Source of the DNA: Eledone cirrhosa
Taxonomy: Eukaryota
DNA length: 20,888 nt
Direction of reading: 5' to 3'
Assembly: GCA_964016885.1 (NCBI GenBank)
Contig: CAXHJY010000896.1
Coordinates: forward strand, 1 to 20,888
Shown: positions 1 through 9,870 of the stretch, in pieces
Layout: the number at the start of each line of letters is the position of its first letter
How positions within the stretch are numbered: position 1 is the stretch's first letter
Position numbers and translations under genes: made by a program
The notes under the pieces: model-generated
What the model saw: only the letters and a program-made list of their open reading frames with translations
Told to the model about the DNA's origin: nothing
Databases searched by the model: none

Positions 1-240
1 ATATACATATATATACATATATATATACATATATATACATATATATATACATATATATACATATATATACACATATTTATACATATACATATATATACAT
101 ATATATATCAACATATACATACATATATATATACCTACATATACATACATACCTACACACACATATATATGTATACCTACACACTCATATATATATATAT
201 ATAGATATATATACATATATATACATATATATAAACATAC
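1..240. repeat. (TA)n/(TACA)n compound microsatellite
   Basis: Directly visible simple repeat. Confidence 0.95.
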
Positions 241-488
241 ATTAAAAAAATCTATTAAGCATATTAAAAAGATGATCGTATGTTTATGCAAAGACTATAT
301 TTAATAAACTCCAAAACATTGATTCTCTGTATATAAACGAAATATTTTTAAAACTGTTATATAAACATAAAATTAGTTTCATATGGTGTTGAGATCGATA
401 AAATCAAAACGATATTTATTGCTAAGTTATATAAATATATGGTGGTATTCTAATTTTCTTTTCTTCATATATATATATATATATATAT

Positions 489-683
489 ATAGGAACGAGT
501 AGGACACCGACGGCTGAGCTCAAGCCGTTTCGACGGCTAATTCTGGACTAACTAATTAGCCGTCGAAACGGCTTGAGCTCAGCCGTCGGGGTCCTACTCG
601 TTCCTATTACCCACTCTACTATCCTAAGTATTGAGTACTTTGGTGCGTTATGGTCCACCTGGTTCCTTACCACATTTCCTCCG

Positions 684-684
<1 letters not shown>
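489..684. mobile_element. Foldback (hairpin) interspersed element, family A, most complete copy
   Basis: 54-bp inverted arms at 489-542 and 554-607 (1 mismatch) plus a one-sided tail 608-684, flanked by (TA)n on both sides. Homologous copies at 5579-5682, 10928-11057 and 19585-19746. Confidence 0.85.
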
Positions 685-749
<65 letters not shown>

Positions 750-798
750 AAGGAATGAAGAATAACAAGATTCGGCTGTACAAAAGGGTTTACTTGCA

Positions 799-889
799 GT
801 ATTAACAATTGTTTCGTTAATCAGGTGAGTTTAAATTTACGTTACTCGACCTTAATTACAGTCTATGTCTGATCAAATCATCAGAAAAC
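799..889 (-). ncRNA. Degenerate type-I hammerhead ribozyme motif with extended stem II
   Basis: Minus strand reads GUUUU-CUGAUGA(884-878)-U-UUGAUCAG...CUGAUUAA-C-GAAA(815-812)-CAAUUG-UU-AAUAC. Stem II is 8 bp, stem III is palindromic, stem I pairs 4 of 5, and 10.1:11.1 is a U-C mismatch. Confidence 0.55.
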
Positions 890-914
890 ATATATATATA
901 TATATGTTTATATA

Positions 915-1500
915 CCTGTCCCATGGTCGGGTCGTTGGCGACTAAACTGGCAACCCCACCAAGGTTTTTTGGTGAGGAGGGTGACTTTGGACATCCTGCA
1001 GGACTAAAAACAAAACCTGTCAAAGGGCAAAGGAGCTCTTAAGAGTCAATGGCCATCCAAAATCACCGGGAGAGATGACCCCTCAGCCTTTGTCAAGGCA
1101 GAATTCTAAGAGAAGGAAAACTCTGATATAACACCTGCAACCCTGATGGTATCCAATGATCTTGACTTGTTCTTCTTTTTGGTAAATATCATCTTGGTTA
1201 AGAGAGTGGGACTGGCTTTGTGCAGTGCCTTTGCTCACTATAAAAGTTTCACGGCACAGGCATTGCTTTATATCTAGAGATCTCTCTGCACTTGTCGTCA
1301 TATGGCACCATGGGCCCAGCACTATGTGTCAATAATTGTCACAAGTGTAGTGTTTGTACCAGAGTTTGTACCAAGTCGTTGGCTGGACTAAAAAGTCACA
1401 CTCGTTCAGCGCATCGGTAGGGGTTCTCCTACATGGATATAAAGTAGTGGCCGTACTCAAAGACGAGTTGGCAGCCACCATGTATGTATGTATGTATGTA
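915..1500 (+). mobile_element. Internally deleted, non-autonomous RTE-clade LINE derivative
   Basis: 1337-1420 translates CHKCSVCTRVCTKSLAGLKSHTRSAHR*, resembling the C-terminal CxxC...SxxGLxSHxRxH zinc finger of RTE-type ORFs. A short 3' UTR and (TGTA)n tail follow. The 5' part contains GAGAAGGAAAACTCTGAT, which I recall from RTE 5' regions. No EN or RT coding sequence lies between. Confidence 0.65.
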
Positions 1501-1694
1501 TGTGTGTGTGGTGTATGTATGTGTGTTTGTTTCGATGACTTTGAAATATGTACAACAGGATTATATAATAAATAGACGATGTACACTTAAAACCATCTCT
1601 CATTTTTATTATATATATATATATATATATATATTGACTCGTCAAGTATGAAATTTGTTTAGATTTGTTTTATTTTTTCTACAAATCTCTACAA

Positions 1695-1775
<81 letters not shown>

Positions 1776-1946
1776 TATATATACACATATATAAAAACCT
1801 CTCAAAGATTGCCCGCATATACAGAGTATGCAGAAAATGGGGGGGGGCTATAAGGTTTTACTTTCTCCATTAACTGATTGGTCAATATTGTGTCAAACAT
1901 GACGTAACGAGATGTAATATGATCGAACATAAAAGGAAAGGGACGT

Positions 1947-1982
1947 TATATATATATATATACATACATACGCACATATATC

Positions 1983-2017
<35 letters not shown>

Positions 2018-2112
2018 ATATATGTATGTAGATATTTATGTATGTAGATATATATGTATGTATATATATATATGTATATATATATGTACATATATGTATA
2101 TATATATATGTA

Positions 2113-2194
<82 letters not shown>

Positions 2195-2244
2195 TATATA
2201 TATATATATATATATATGTACATATATATATATATATATATATA

Positions 2245-2288
<44 letters not shown>

Positions 2289-2421
2289 TATATATATATA
2301 CATATATGTACATATATATATACATATATATCTACATACATAAATATCTACATACATATATATATACATACATACATATACATACATATACATATATATA
2401 TATATATATACATATATACAT

Positions 2422-2462
<41 letters not shown>

Positions 2463-2477
2463 TATACATATATATAT

Positions 2478-2540
<63 letters not shown>

Positions 2541-2545
2541 CATAC

Positions 2546-2576
<31 letters not shown>

Positions 2577-2577
2577 C

Positions 2578-2662
<85 letters not shown>

Positions 2663-2809
2663 CATACATACATATATACATACATATATACATACACACA
2701 TATATACATATACGTACATACATACATATATACACATATATACATATATATATACATATATATACATACATATATACATATATATACATACACACACACA
2801 CACATATAT

Positions 2810-2844
<35 letters not shown>

Positions 2845-2872
2845 CGTATTTATACACACATATATATATATA
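1947..2872. repeat. Long (TA)n/(TACA)n microsatellite block
   Basis: Directly visible; source of the poly-YI ORFs. Confidence 0.97.
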
Positions 2873-3067
2873 TCTAACATAGCCTTCTTTTCCTTCTCCT
2901 TTCCCTTCTCCTCTTTCAAATACCCCCTCCCCCTCTCCGACTTCTGCATGTTTATTTATTTATTTATATATTTATATTGTTTTCCATTCATGCATTTTAT
3001 GTTGTCTGACTTTCTCACCAATGTATCTGGTGTCGTCTGCCCTCTTCCTTTATCTTGCCACCACTGA

Positions 3068-3070
3068 AGT

Positions 3071-3103
<33 letters not shown>

Positions 3104-3110
3104 AACAGTA

Positions 3111-3157
<47 letters not shown>

Positions 3158-3730
3158 GACAACAGTAACTACTACGACTACTACTACAGTAACTACGACT
3201 ACTACTACTACAACAGTAACTACTACTACTACTACTACGACAACAGTAACTACTACTACTACTACTACAGTAACTACAGTAACTACTACTACTACTACTA
3301 CTACTACTACGACAACAGTAACTACTACTACTACTACTACAGTAACTACTACTACTACTACTACGACAACAGTAACTACTACGACTACTACTACTATTAC
3401 TACTACAGAAGCTACAACAATAACTACTACGACTACTACTACTACTACTACTACTACTACAGAAGCTACAACAATAACTACTACGACTACTACTACTACT
3501 ACTACTACTACTACAGAAGCTACAACAATAACTACTACGACTACTACTACTACTACTACTACTACAGAAGCTACAACAATAACTACTACTACTACTACTA
3601 TTACTACTACAGAAGCTACAACAATAACTACTACGACTACTACTACTACTACTATTACTACTACAGAAGCTACAACAATAACTACTACGACTACTACTAC
3701 TACTACTACTACTACTACAGAAGCTACAAC
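3068..3730. repeat. (ACT)n-based compound minisatellite with ACAGTA and ACAGAAGCTACAACAATA subunits
   Basis: Direct inspection. Two sub-domains (T/V-type, then TTEATTI-type), with an open Thr-rich frame 3021-3755. Confidence 0.9.
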
Positions 3731-3792
3731 ATTCACATTCCTTCTGATAGATTAAATTATAGCATTCTTTGTTGTCTTCCTTCTCTTTATTA

Positions 3793-4315
3793 ACTACACA
3801 CCCCCACAGACCATCACATCATCACCACCACCACCACAACACCTCCACCACAGACCATCACATCATCACCACCACAGACCTCCACCACAACACCACCACC
3901 ACAGACCTCCACCACAGACCATCACATCACCACCACCACCACCACCACAGACCTCCACCACAACATCACCACCACAGACCATCACATCACCACCACCACA
4001 GACCTCCACCACAACACCACCACCACAGACCTCCACCACATCACCACCACCACAGACCTCCACTACACCATTCCACCACCACCATCACATACCTCCACTA
4101 TACCATTCCACCACCACCACCACCATCACAACACTACTCCACTACAGCTCGCCCCACCACCACACTCCTCCACCACAACCTACCCACACTACATCCTCAT
4201 CCCACACCCCACCAACCACTACACCGTTCCACCCCGCCACTACCAACCACAACACCCCTCCCTCCACTACAACACCCACCATCACAACACCACCCACCAC
4301 CCCACCACCCACCCT
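3793..4315. repeat. (CAC)n/ACAGACCTCCACCAC low-complexity repeat
   Basis: Directly visible. Confidence 0.9.
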
Positions 4316-4369
4316 TATTCTCTCATCTTTCTACATAGAAAATGAATAACCTTCATGTCATTTCCCCTT

Positions 4370-4590
4370 TACACACACACAGACACATACACACACACAG
4401 ACACATACACAGACACACACAGACACACACAGACACAGACACACACAGACAGACACACACACAGACACATACACACACACAGACACACACACAGACACAG
4501 ACACACACAAACACACACAGACACACACACACACACACACACAGACACACACACAGACACACACACAGACACACACACACAGACACACAT
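4370..4590. repeat. (CA)n/(CAGACA)n microsatellite
   Basis: Directly visible. Confidence 0.95.
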
Positions 4591-4636
4591 ATACCCCTGT
4601 AAAGGCTCTTCTACTGACTATCACAGACAGCACTGT

Positions 4637-4940
4637 TAGTACATCAGTAGTAGTAGCAGCAGCAGCAGCTGTAGTAGTAGTAATACTAACAGTAGTAGTA
4701 ATAGTAGCAGTAGTAGCAACAGTAGTAGTATCAGTAGTAGTAGCAGCAGCAGCAACTGTAGTAGTAGTAGCAGCAGCAGTAATAGTACCAATAGTAGCAG
4801 TAGTAGCAACAGTAGTAGTAGCATTAGTAGCAGCAGCTGTAGTACCAATAGTAGTAGTAGTAGCAGCAGCTGTAGTACCAATAGTAGCAGTAGTAGCAGC
4901 AGCTGTAGTACCAATAGTAGTAGTAGTAGCAGCAGCAGCA
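4637..4940. repeat. (TAG)n/(CAG)n microsatellite
   Basis: Directly visible. Confidence 0.95.
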
Positions 4941-5019
4941 CATTCTCATGGAGATCTAACCAGTTCTATTGTTATTATGTCAGTAATTTAAGCAGGGGTG
5001 GGGGTTAGCAACTTGAGAT

Positions 5020-5202
5020 GTAGGGGTGGGGGGATCGATTAAATCGACTCCAGTATATGACAGGTACTTATATTTTATCGGATCCGGAAGGATGGAAGTA
5101 AAAAAAAAAAAAAATAAATAAAAAAAAAAAGTTGACTTCACCGAGATTCGAACTCAGAAGGTCCGCATGTTTTACCCGAATCGCTAACGATTCTTCTACC
5201 CC
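5020..5202 (-). mobile_element. tRNA-derived SINE family 1, diverged copy with internal poly-A expansion
   Basis: Minus strand has B-box-like GAGTTCGAATCTC (5155-5143) and the body motif CATCCTTCCGGATCCGATAAAAT..AAGTACC shared with other copies in the window. Confidence 0.75.
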
Positions 5203-5241
5203 ATCAATCAAGGTATTTTAGCTAAGGTTACCTAATACCTT

Positions 5242-5255
5242 GTCTCCATAGCAAC
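5242..5255. promoter_or_regulatory. RFX X-box-like motif
   Basis: GTCTCCATAGCAAC matches the X-box consensus RTHNYY-WT-RRNRAC and lies in a unique island that also contains CCGCCCC (5351-5357). Confidence 0.3.
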
Positions 5256-5518
5256 CGTCTTTTACCTTCTTCAAGAAATATCTTCCACTTACATAATTCC
5301 TCATTCCTCTCATCAGTGTGTCTTCACAAGCATCAATCTTAACGGCCCGACCGCCCCAGCCACTTACCAGCTACACTTTAGGTGACTAGCTACAGTAACA
5401 TTCTATGTTTCAACCCACCGTTGTTTATATAACTGTTCGACGTTACAGACGGATCTAACACTCTGCACTAAATGAATGGAATGGATGGATGCGTATGTAT
5501 GTATGTGTGTGTGTGTGT

Positions 5519-5549
<31 letters not shown>

Positions 5550-5578
5550 CGCATCCATCCATTTATATATATATATAA

Positions 5579-5681
5579 AGCCGTCGGGGTCCTACTCGTT
5601 CCTATTACCCACTCTACTACCCTAAGTATTGAGTACTTTGGTGCGTTATGGTCCACCTGGTTCCTTACCACATTTCCTTCG

Positions 5682-5682
<1 letters not shown>
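5579..5682 (+). mobile_element. Foldback family A, truncated copy (end of right arm plus tail)
   Basis: Near-identical to 581-684 and embedded in (TA)n. Confidence 0.85.
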
Positions 5683-5731
<49 letters not shown>

Positions 5732-5790
5732 CGTTTCTGAATTTGTTTAGCAAGATTCTTTATCTGAAATCGTGTGTTGAAACCGATATT

Positions 5791-6025
5791 GTTATACTTT
5801 GGGAGGGTCATGTTGCCAATAAAGGAATCCCCAGTCACTGAAGAGGTCACAGAGTGTGTGACGAAAGAACTATGACTATATATAAACAACTATCTGGTTG
5901 TGGAACCAACCAACCAACCAGAAATTTATAAATTTATAAATTTATTATAAATTTATAATAAATTGAAGTGAAAGCAACTGGTGCATGTGTTTCTTATTGG
6001 CAACATGACCCTCCCAAAGTATAAC
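5791..6025. mobile_element. Short element bounded by a perfect 32-bp inverted repeat and carrying a hammerhead motif
   Basis: GTTATACTTTGGGAGGGTCATGTTGCCAATAA at 5791-5822 and its exact reverse complement at 5994-6025. Internal perfect 26-bp palindrome at 5939-5964. Confidence 0.8.
5833..5877 (+). ncRNA. Minimal type-I hammerhead ribozyme
   Basis: AGUCA (stem I)-CUGAAGA (5838-5844)-G-GUCACA gagug UGUGAC (6-bp stem II)-GAAA (5863-5866)-GAAC-UA-UGACU (stem I'). All conserved core nucleotides are present and predicted cleavage is after A5872. One extra nt after A9 and a vestigial stem III. Confidence 0.75.
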
Positions 6026-6073
6026 TATATATATATATATATAGGTGATTCAGTGATTTACTGACGGTGGTAG

Positions 6074-6256
6074 CAACACAATGAAGCTCTTGCTCGGAGT
6101 GGATTTATCGATAAGGTAGCATATACAGAGTACGAAAATAGACCTAGAAGAAATAGATCCCGTCGCATTTGTTGGTATAACCCACCATATAATATGGAGG
6201 TGGCCACACCATTAGCTAAGATCTTTATTTCCCTTATTACGAAGCATTTTCCCCCT
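6074..6256 (+). pseudogene. Penelope-like retroelement ORF fragment (region between RT and GIY-YIG endonuclease)
   Basis: Manual translation: QHNEALARSGFIDKVAYTEYENRPRRNRSRRICWYNPPYNMEVATPLAKIFISLITKHFPP. This matches the recalled PLE motif 'Y.EAL..SGY...R.IIWFNPP(Y/F)...V.T.IG..F..LI.KHFP'. It has no start codon and is absent from the ORF track. Confidence 0.75.
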
Positions 6257-6982
6257 ACACACACACATATATATAAATATAAATATATATAGGGGGGGGT
6301 GAATGCGTACATAGATATTTTTTGAAATATGTATATATATGTAGATATGTATGTGTGCAAGCGTGTATATATGTGTAAATGTACTGTACTATGAACGTAG
6401 ATATATGCATGCCTGTGTATATATATATATATGTGTGTGTGTGTATCTATTCACGTACATTTTTATATATGTATGCACGTAGACGTACGCCGGTATATAT
6501 TTCTGACTGTAAGCATAAGTAGTAGGCACTTATACGTAGGTAGGTATGTAGGTAGGTGTATATACTTGCTTCTAACCTGTCCTTTATCTGATGTGTATGT
6601 TTAGGTAATGTATCTGTTAATATAGAAGGGTGTTTGAGAGAAGTCTTTATCTCCACATGTTCGGCGATGGTGGGGGTGTTAGTGGGGTGGTGGGGGTGTT
6701 AGTGGGAGGGGGCGTGGTGGGTAGTGATGGAACCTTCTAAAGAATTCCTCAACAGATACAAATACTTCTGTTAATGAGACTATAACTTCGGTGGTAGAGA
6801 ACACGACTGATGAAAGAGTTCAGTGTGGGTAGGTGTGATAGCTTTATATATATTGTCATATATATACATATATATATATATAGAGAGAGAGAGAGAGGGG
6901 GGGGGGTTGTCCCCACAAAATATATACACACTTTGATTACATGTACAGCCAATATTTATTAGAATGTTAGAATGGTGTTGAA

Positions 6983-6983
<1 letters not shown>

Positions 6984-7070
<87 letters not shown>

Positions 7071-7077
7071 GTATATA

Positions 7078-7164
<87 letters not shown>
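6984..7164. repeat. (TA)n microsatellite
   Basis: Directly visible. Confidence 0.95.
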
Positions 7165-7167
<3 letters not shown>

Positions 7168-7343
7168 TATCCCGGGTTCAATCGGGGATAACTACAGTAA
7201 GTAAGGTACTCAATACATAGCAGAGTATAAATATTTAATATATAAATGGCCTCTACAGAACTAAAACTATTTCATTCGGGAGAAATCACTAGGGCTTCCT
7301 GATGATTTCTCCCGAATGAAGCAGTTCTAGTCCTGTAGAGGCC

Positions 7344-7353
<10 letters not shown>
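7165..7353. mobile_element. Foldback element with head-to-head degenerate hammerhead cores
   Basis: Imperfect ~55-bp arms at 7238-7292 and 7299-7353. The right arm begins CTGATGA-TTTCTCCCGAAT-GAAG and the left arm is its mirror (CTAGTGA...GAAA on minus). The one-sided tail shares GTACTCAATAC with family A. Flanked by (TA)n. Confidence 0.7.
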
Positions 7354-7398
<45 letters not shown>

Positions 7399-7492
7399 TA
7401 CAGATTAAAAGTTTAAGCAAAATATTTCTGCTTTCACGCTTAGCGGGATCATCTAAAGCTCTTTGAATTTTGTTCTTTATATTTAATATTAC

Positions 7493-7529
<37 letters not shown>

Positions 7530-7543
7530 CGTGGTCATTTATC

Positions 7544-7575
<32 letters not shown>

Positions 7576-7699
7576 GGGTGGTTCTTTTATCCTATATATG
7601 AATGTCTGTGTATGTTTGAGTGTGTGTGCATGTGGTTCCTTTAACATATACACACAAATATTCCACAGATTCTACGGTGCCAGTGTATGAAAAAAGTTT

Positions 7700-8080
7700 G
7701 GTTAGAATCCTGAATTCTAGCGTGAGCATGTGTGGCTGCATACAAGTAGACTTTTGGCTTTCTGTTGTAGCGTACCATATAGGAAGTGATGTTATCAAGA
7801 CTGCATTAGCGAACCTTAACTTTATAAGAGTTGAAGTGTTTATGATATTTATGATTAATTTCAAGACCTCCAACCAACGGAAACTCTTAATAGCATATTC
7901 CTAAACTATAGTCTCTATTTTGTGTTTCATTTATTTACAAGCATCTGAAGGAATTGGCAGTGTTTATGTTTATGAAACCTCAGGTTAGGCATAAATAAGT
8001 TAAACTCTCGATACAGACAATCTCGTTTTCCATATTTGATGATGCTTACTTCATTCTTATATTTTCAACGAGACCTGCAC
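7700..8080 (-). pseudogene. Highly decayed non-LTR retrotransposon (RTE-like) RT C-terminal relic
   Basis: Minus-strand pieces in the expected order: AGLVENIRMK (like GLxINxxKT), NEIVCIESLTYLCL (like IExVESFTYLGS), and LIKLRFANAVLITSL / LYG (like TKLRxYNAVVxxxLLYG). Contains frameshifts and stops. Confidence 0.45.
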
Positions 8081-8086
8081 ACACAG

Positions 8087-8139
<53 letters not shown>

Positions 8140-8229
8140 TTATTATGTTGTTATCTGAGTAATAATTTGTGAATTGTAATTGCGAAAAATACTGAGCCCT
8201 AGATACGTGAACATATCGGCATTTTATAT

Positions 8230-8739
8230 TACACACATATATATGTATATATATATACATACATATATATATACATACATGCACACATACATACACACAC
8301 ACGTATATATACATATATATATACATACATATATATATATATATACATATCTATATACATACATATCTATATACATACATATATACATACATATCTATAT
8401 ACATACATATCTATATACATACATATCTATATACATACATATACATATATCTATATACATACATCTATATACATATCTATATACATACATATACATATAT
8501 CTATATACATACATACATATATATATACATATATCTATATACATACATCTATATACATATCTATATACATACATATACATATATCTATATACATACATAC
8601 ATATCTACATACATATCTATATACATACATACATACATACATACATACATACATACATACATACATACATACATACATACATACATACATACATACATAC
8701 ATACATACATACATACATACATACATACATACATACATA
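8230..8739. repeat. (TACA)n and ATACATATCT-type compound microsatellite
   Basis: Directly visible. Confidence 0.95.
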
Positions 8740-9044
8740 GTGTTAGTTCTCTGCGATCTTTTAAGAAGGAGATAAAAAAAACAACTACAGGCCAGAGGAC
8801 ACTAACCTACATAAAAACCGCAGATGAAGTGAATCTAACAATATGTATTTTGCAGTCTTTAAAATATTCGCTGCCTTTTTCTTCCCGTTTTTTTCCATTT
8901 TCTTTCTCTACGCTCTGGTCTTCATGGAAGTACAAACATATCAATATATTTCTATTTAACCTTTTCGTGACAATATTTCTAATGGAATATATTCTATTTC
9001 GATTAATTGATGAACATTTTGCAAGGATTTAGGGCGGCGGGTGG

Positions 9045-9172
9045 GGATTTAGGGCGGCGGGTGGGCAGAATTGTTAAAATATCAGACAAATGTTTGGCAG
9101 TATCTATTTAAGTTCTTTACCTATTGTATTCATCCTCCTCCTCCTGTGGTCGATAGAATAAAGTAGCAATGA
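9045..9172 (+). mobile_element. SINE family 1, diverged and internally deleted copy
   Basis: Head GGCGGCGGGTGGGCAGAATTGTTA, body TTCATCCT...GGTCGATAGAATAAAGTAGCA, and a 20-bp tandem duplication at 9025-9064. Confidence 0.6.
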
Positions 9173-9223
9173 TGCCAGTGCCCAAGCATGGCCTCAGCCT
9201 GACTGCTGGAGTACGTAATAGAG

Positions 9224-9556
9224 CAGAAGTTCTCAAATTTTTAGGGCCACGGGCCCCACTCACGGCCGCATAATACGCTCAGCGCCCCAAACCTTATTTC
9301 CAGAGAGACCTGTCTACACGCAAATTGTGCATAATATATCATAAATAAAACAGTTAATTTATATATAATAAATAATATAATATATACTATGCATGAATAT
9401 ATATTATATATATTTTTTATTTTATTATATATATATATATATAATATGTATCATTTGATATTTAATATACTATTATATCATTTCTACCAGCCCCACACCC
9501 CATGGACCTTCTCAACGCCCCCAGGGGAGCGGTATCCCCCACTTTGAGAACCTCTG
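9224..9556. mobile_element. hAT (Charlie/Buster-type) MITE, 333 bp
   Basis: TIRs CAGAAGTTCTCAAA / TTTGAGAACCTCTG, perfect 8-bp TSD TAATAGAG (9216-9223 and 9557-9564) with central TA, and a non-coding AT-rich interior. Confidence 0.9.
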
Positions 9557-9585
9557 TAATAGAGGCATAGGGTCATGGCCTGAAG

Positions 9586-9712
9586 AGGGGGGGTCGATAA
9601 AATAAAGTAGCAGTCATGTCCTGGGGTGGGGAGTCGATATTTTCAATACCCCGTTCCAACACACCCGACCCTCAAAATTCTAGCCTTTCGCCTAAATTAC
9701 AAACCATTATTA
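9586..9712 (+). mobile_element. SINE family 1, 3' portion
   Basis: GGGGTCGATAAAATAAAGTAGCAG body and AAATTCTAGCCTTTCGCCTAAATTACAAACCATTATT tail, homologous to other copies. Confidence 0.65.
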
Positions 9713-9728
9713 AGACAGCATTAAGTCA

Positions 9729-9870
9729 GAGGGTGGAGGATTGGCAGAATCGGTAGAGCGTCGTACCCCACGCTTTGCGGCATAGAGTTACGCCTTTTTA
9801 TTGTCTGTGTTCAAATCAGTAATGCACTGGGTAATTGCTGGCCTTGTGCCTAAAGTAGAAACAATTATTA
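9729..9870 (+). mobile_element. SINE family 1, head fused to 3' tail (body deleted)
   Basis: A-box-like TGGCAGAATCGG and B-box-like GTTCAAATC, followed directly by AGTAATGCACTGGGTAATTGCTGGCCTTGTGCC. Confidence 0.7.

Noticed and set aside
241-467. AT-rich island possibly related to the 747-889 element (both begin ATGAAGAA in opposite orientation)
   Set aside because: Too degenerate to align by eye, with no recognisable ribozyme core.
1816-1829. 14-bp match GCATATACAGAGTA with the PLE fragment near 6119
   Set aside because: Similarity does not extend on either side.
1655-3067. Poly-YI/HT/VC ORFs here and at 6972-7220, 8057-8740, 11561-12692 and 18374-19620
   Set aside because: Dinucleotide microsatellites lack stop codons, and there is no protein-like content.
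6807-6813. Isolated CTGATGA motifs (also on minus near 5310-5316)
   Set aside because: No stem II, GAAA and stem I arrangement around them.
8829-9032. ORF ending LFRLIDEHF, reminiscent of the PLE LIDKHFP motif
   Set aside because: There is no WFNPP motif and the spacing is wrong, so it cannot be distinguished from chance in T-rich sequence.
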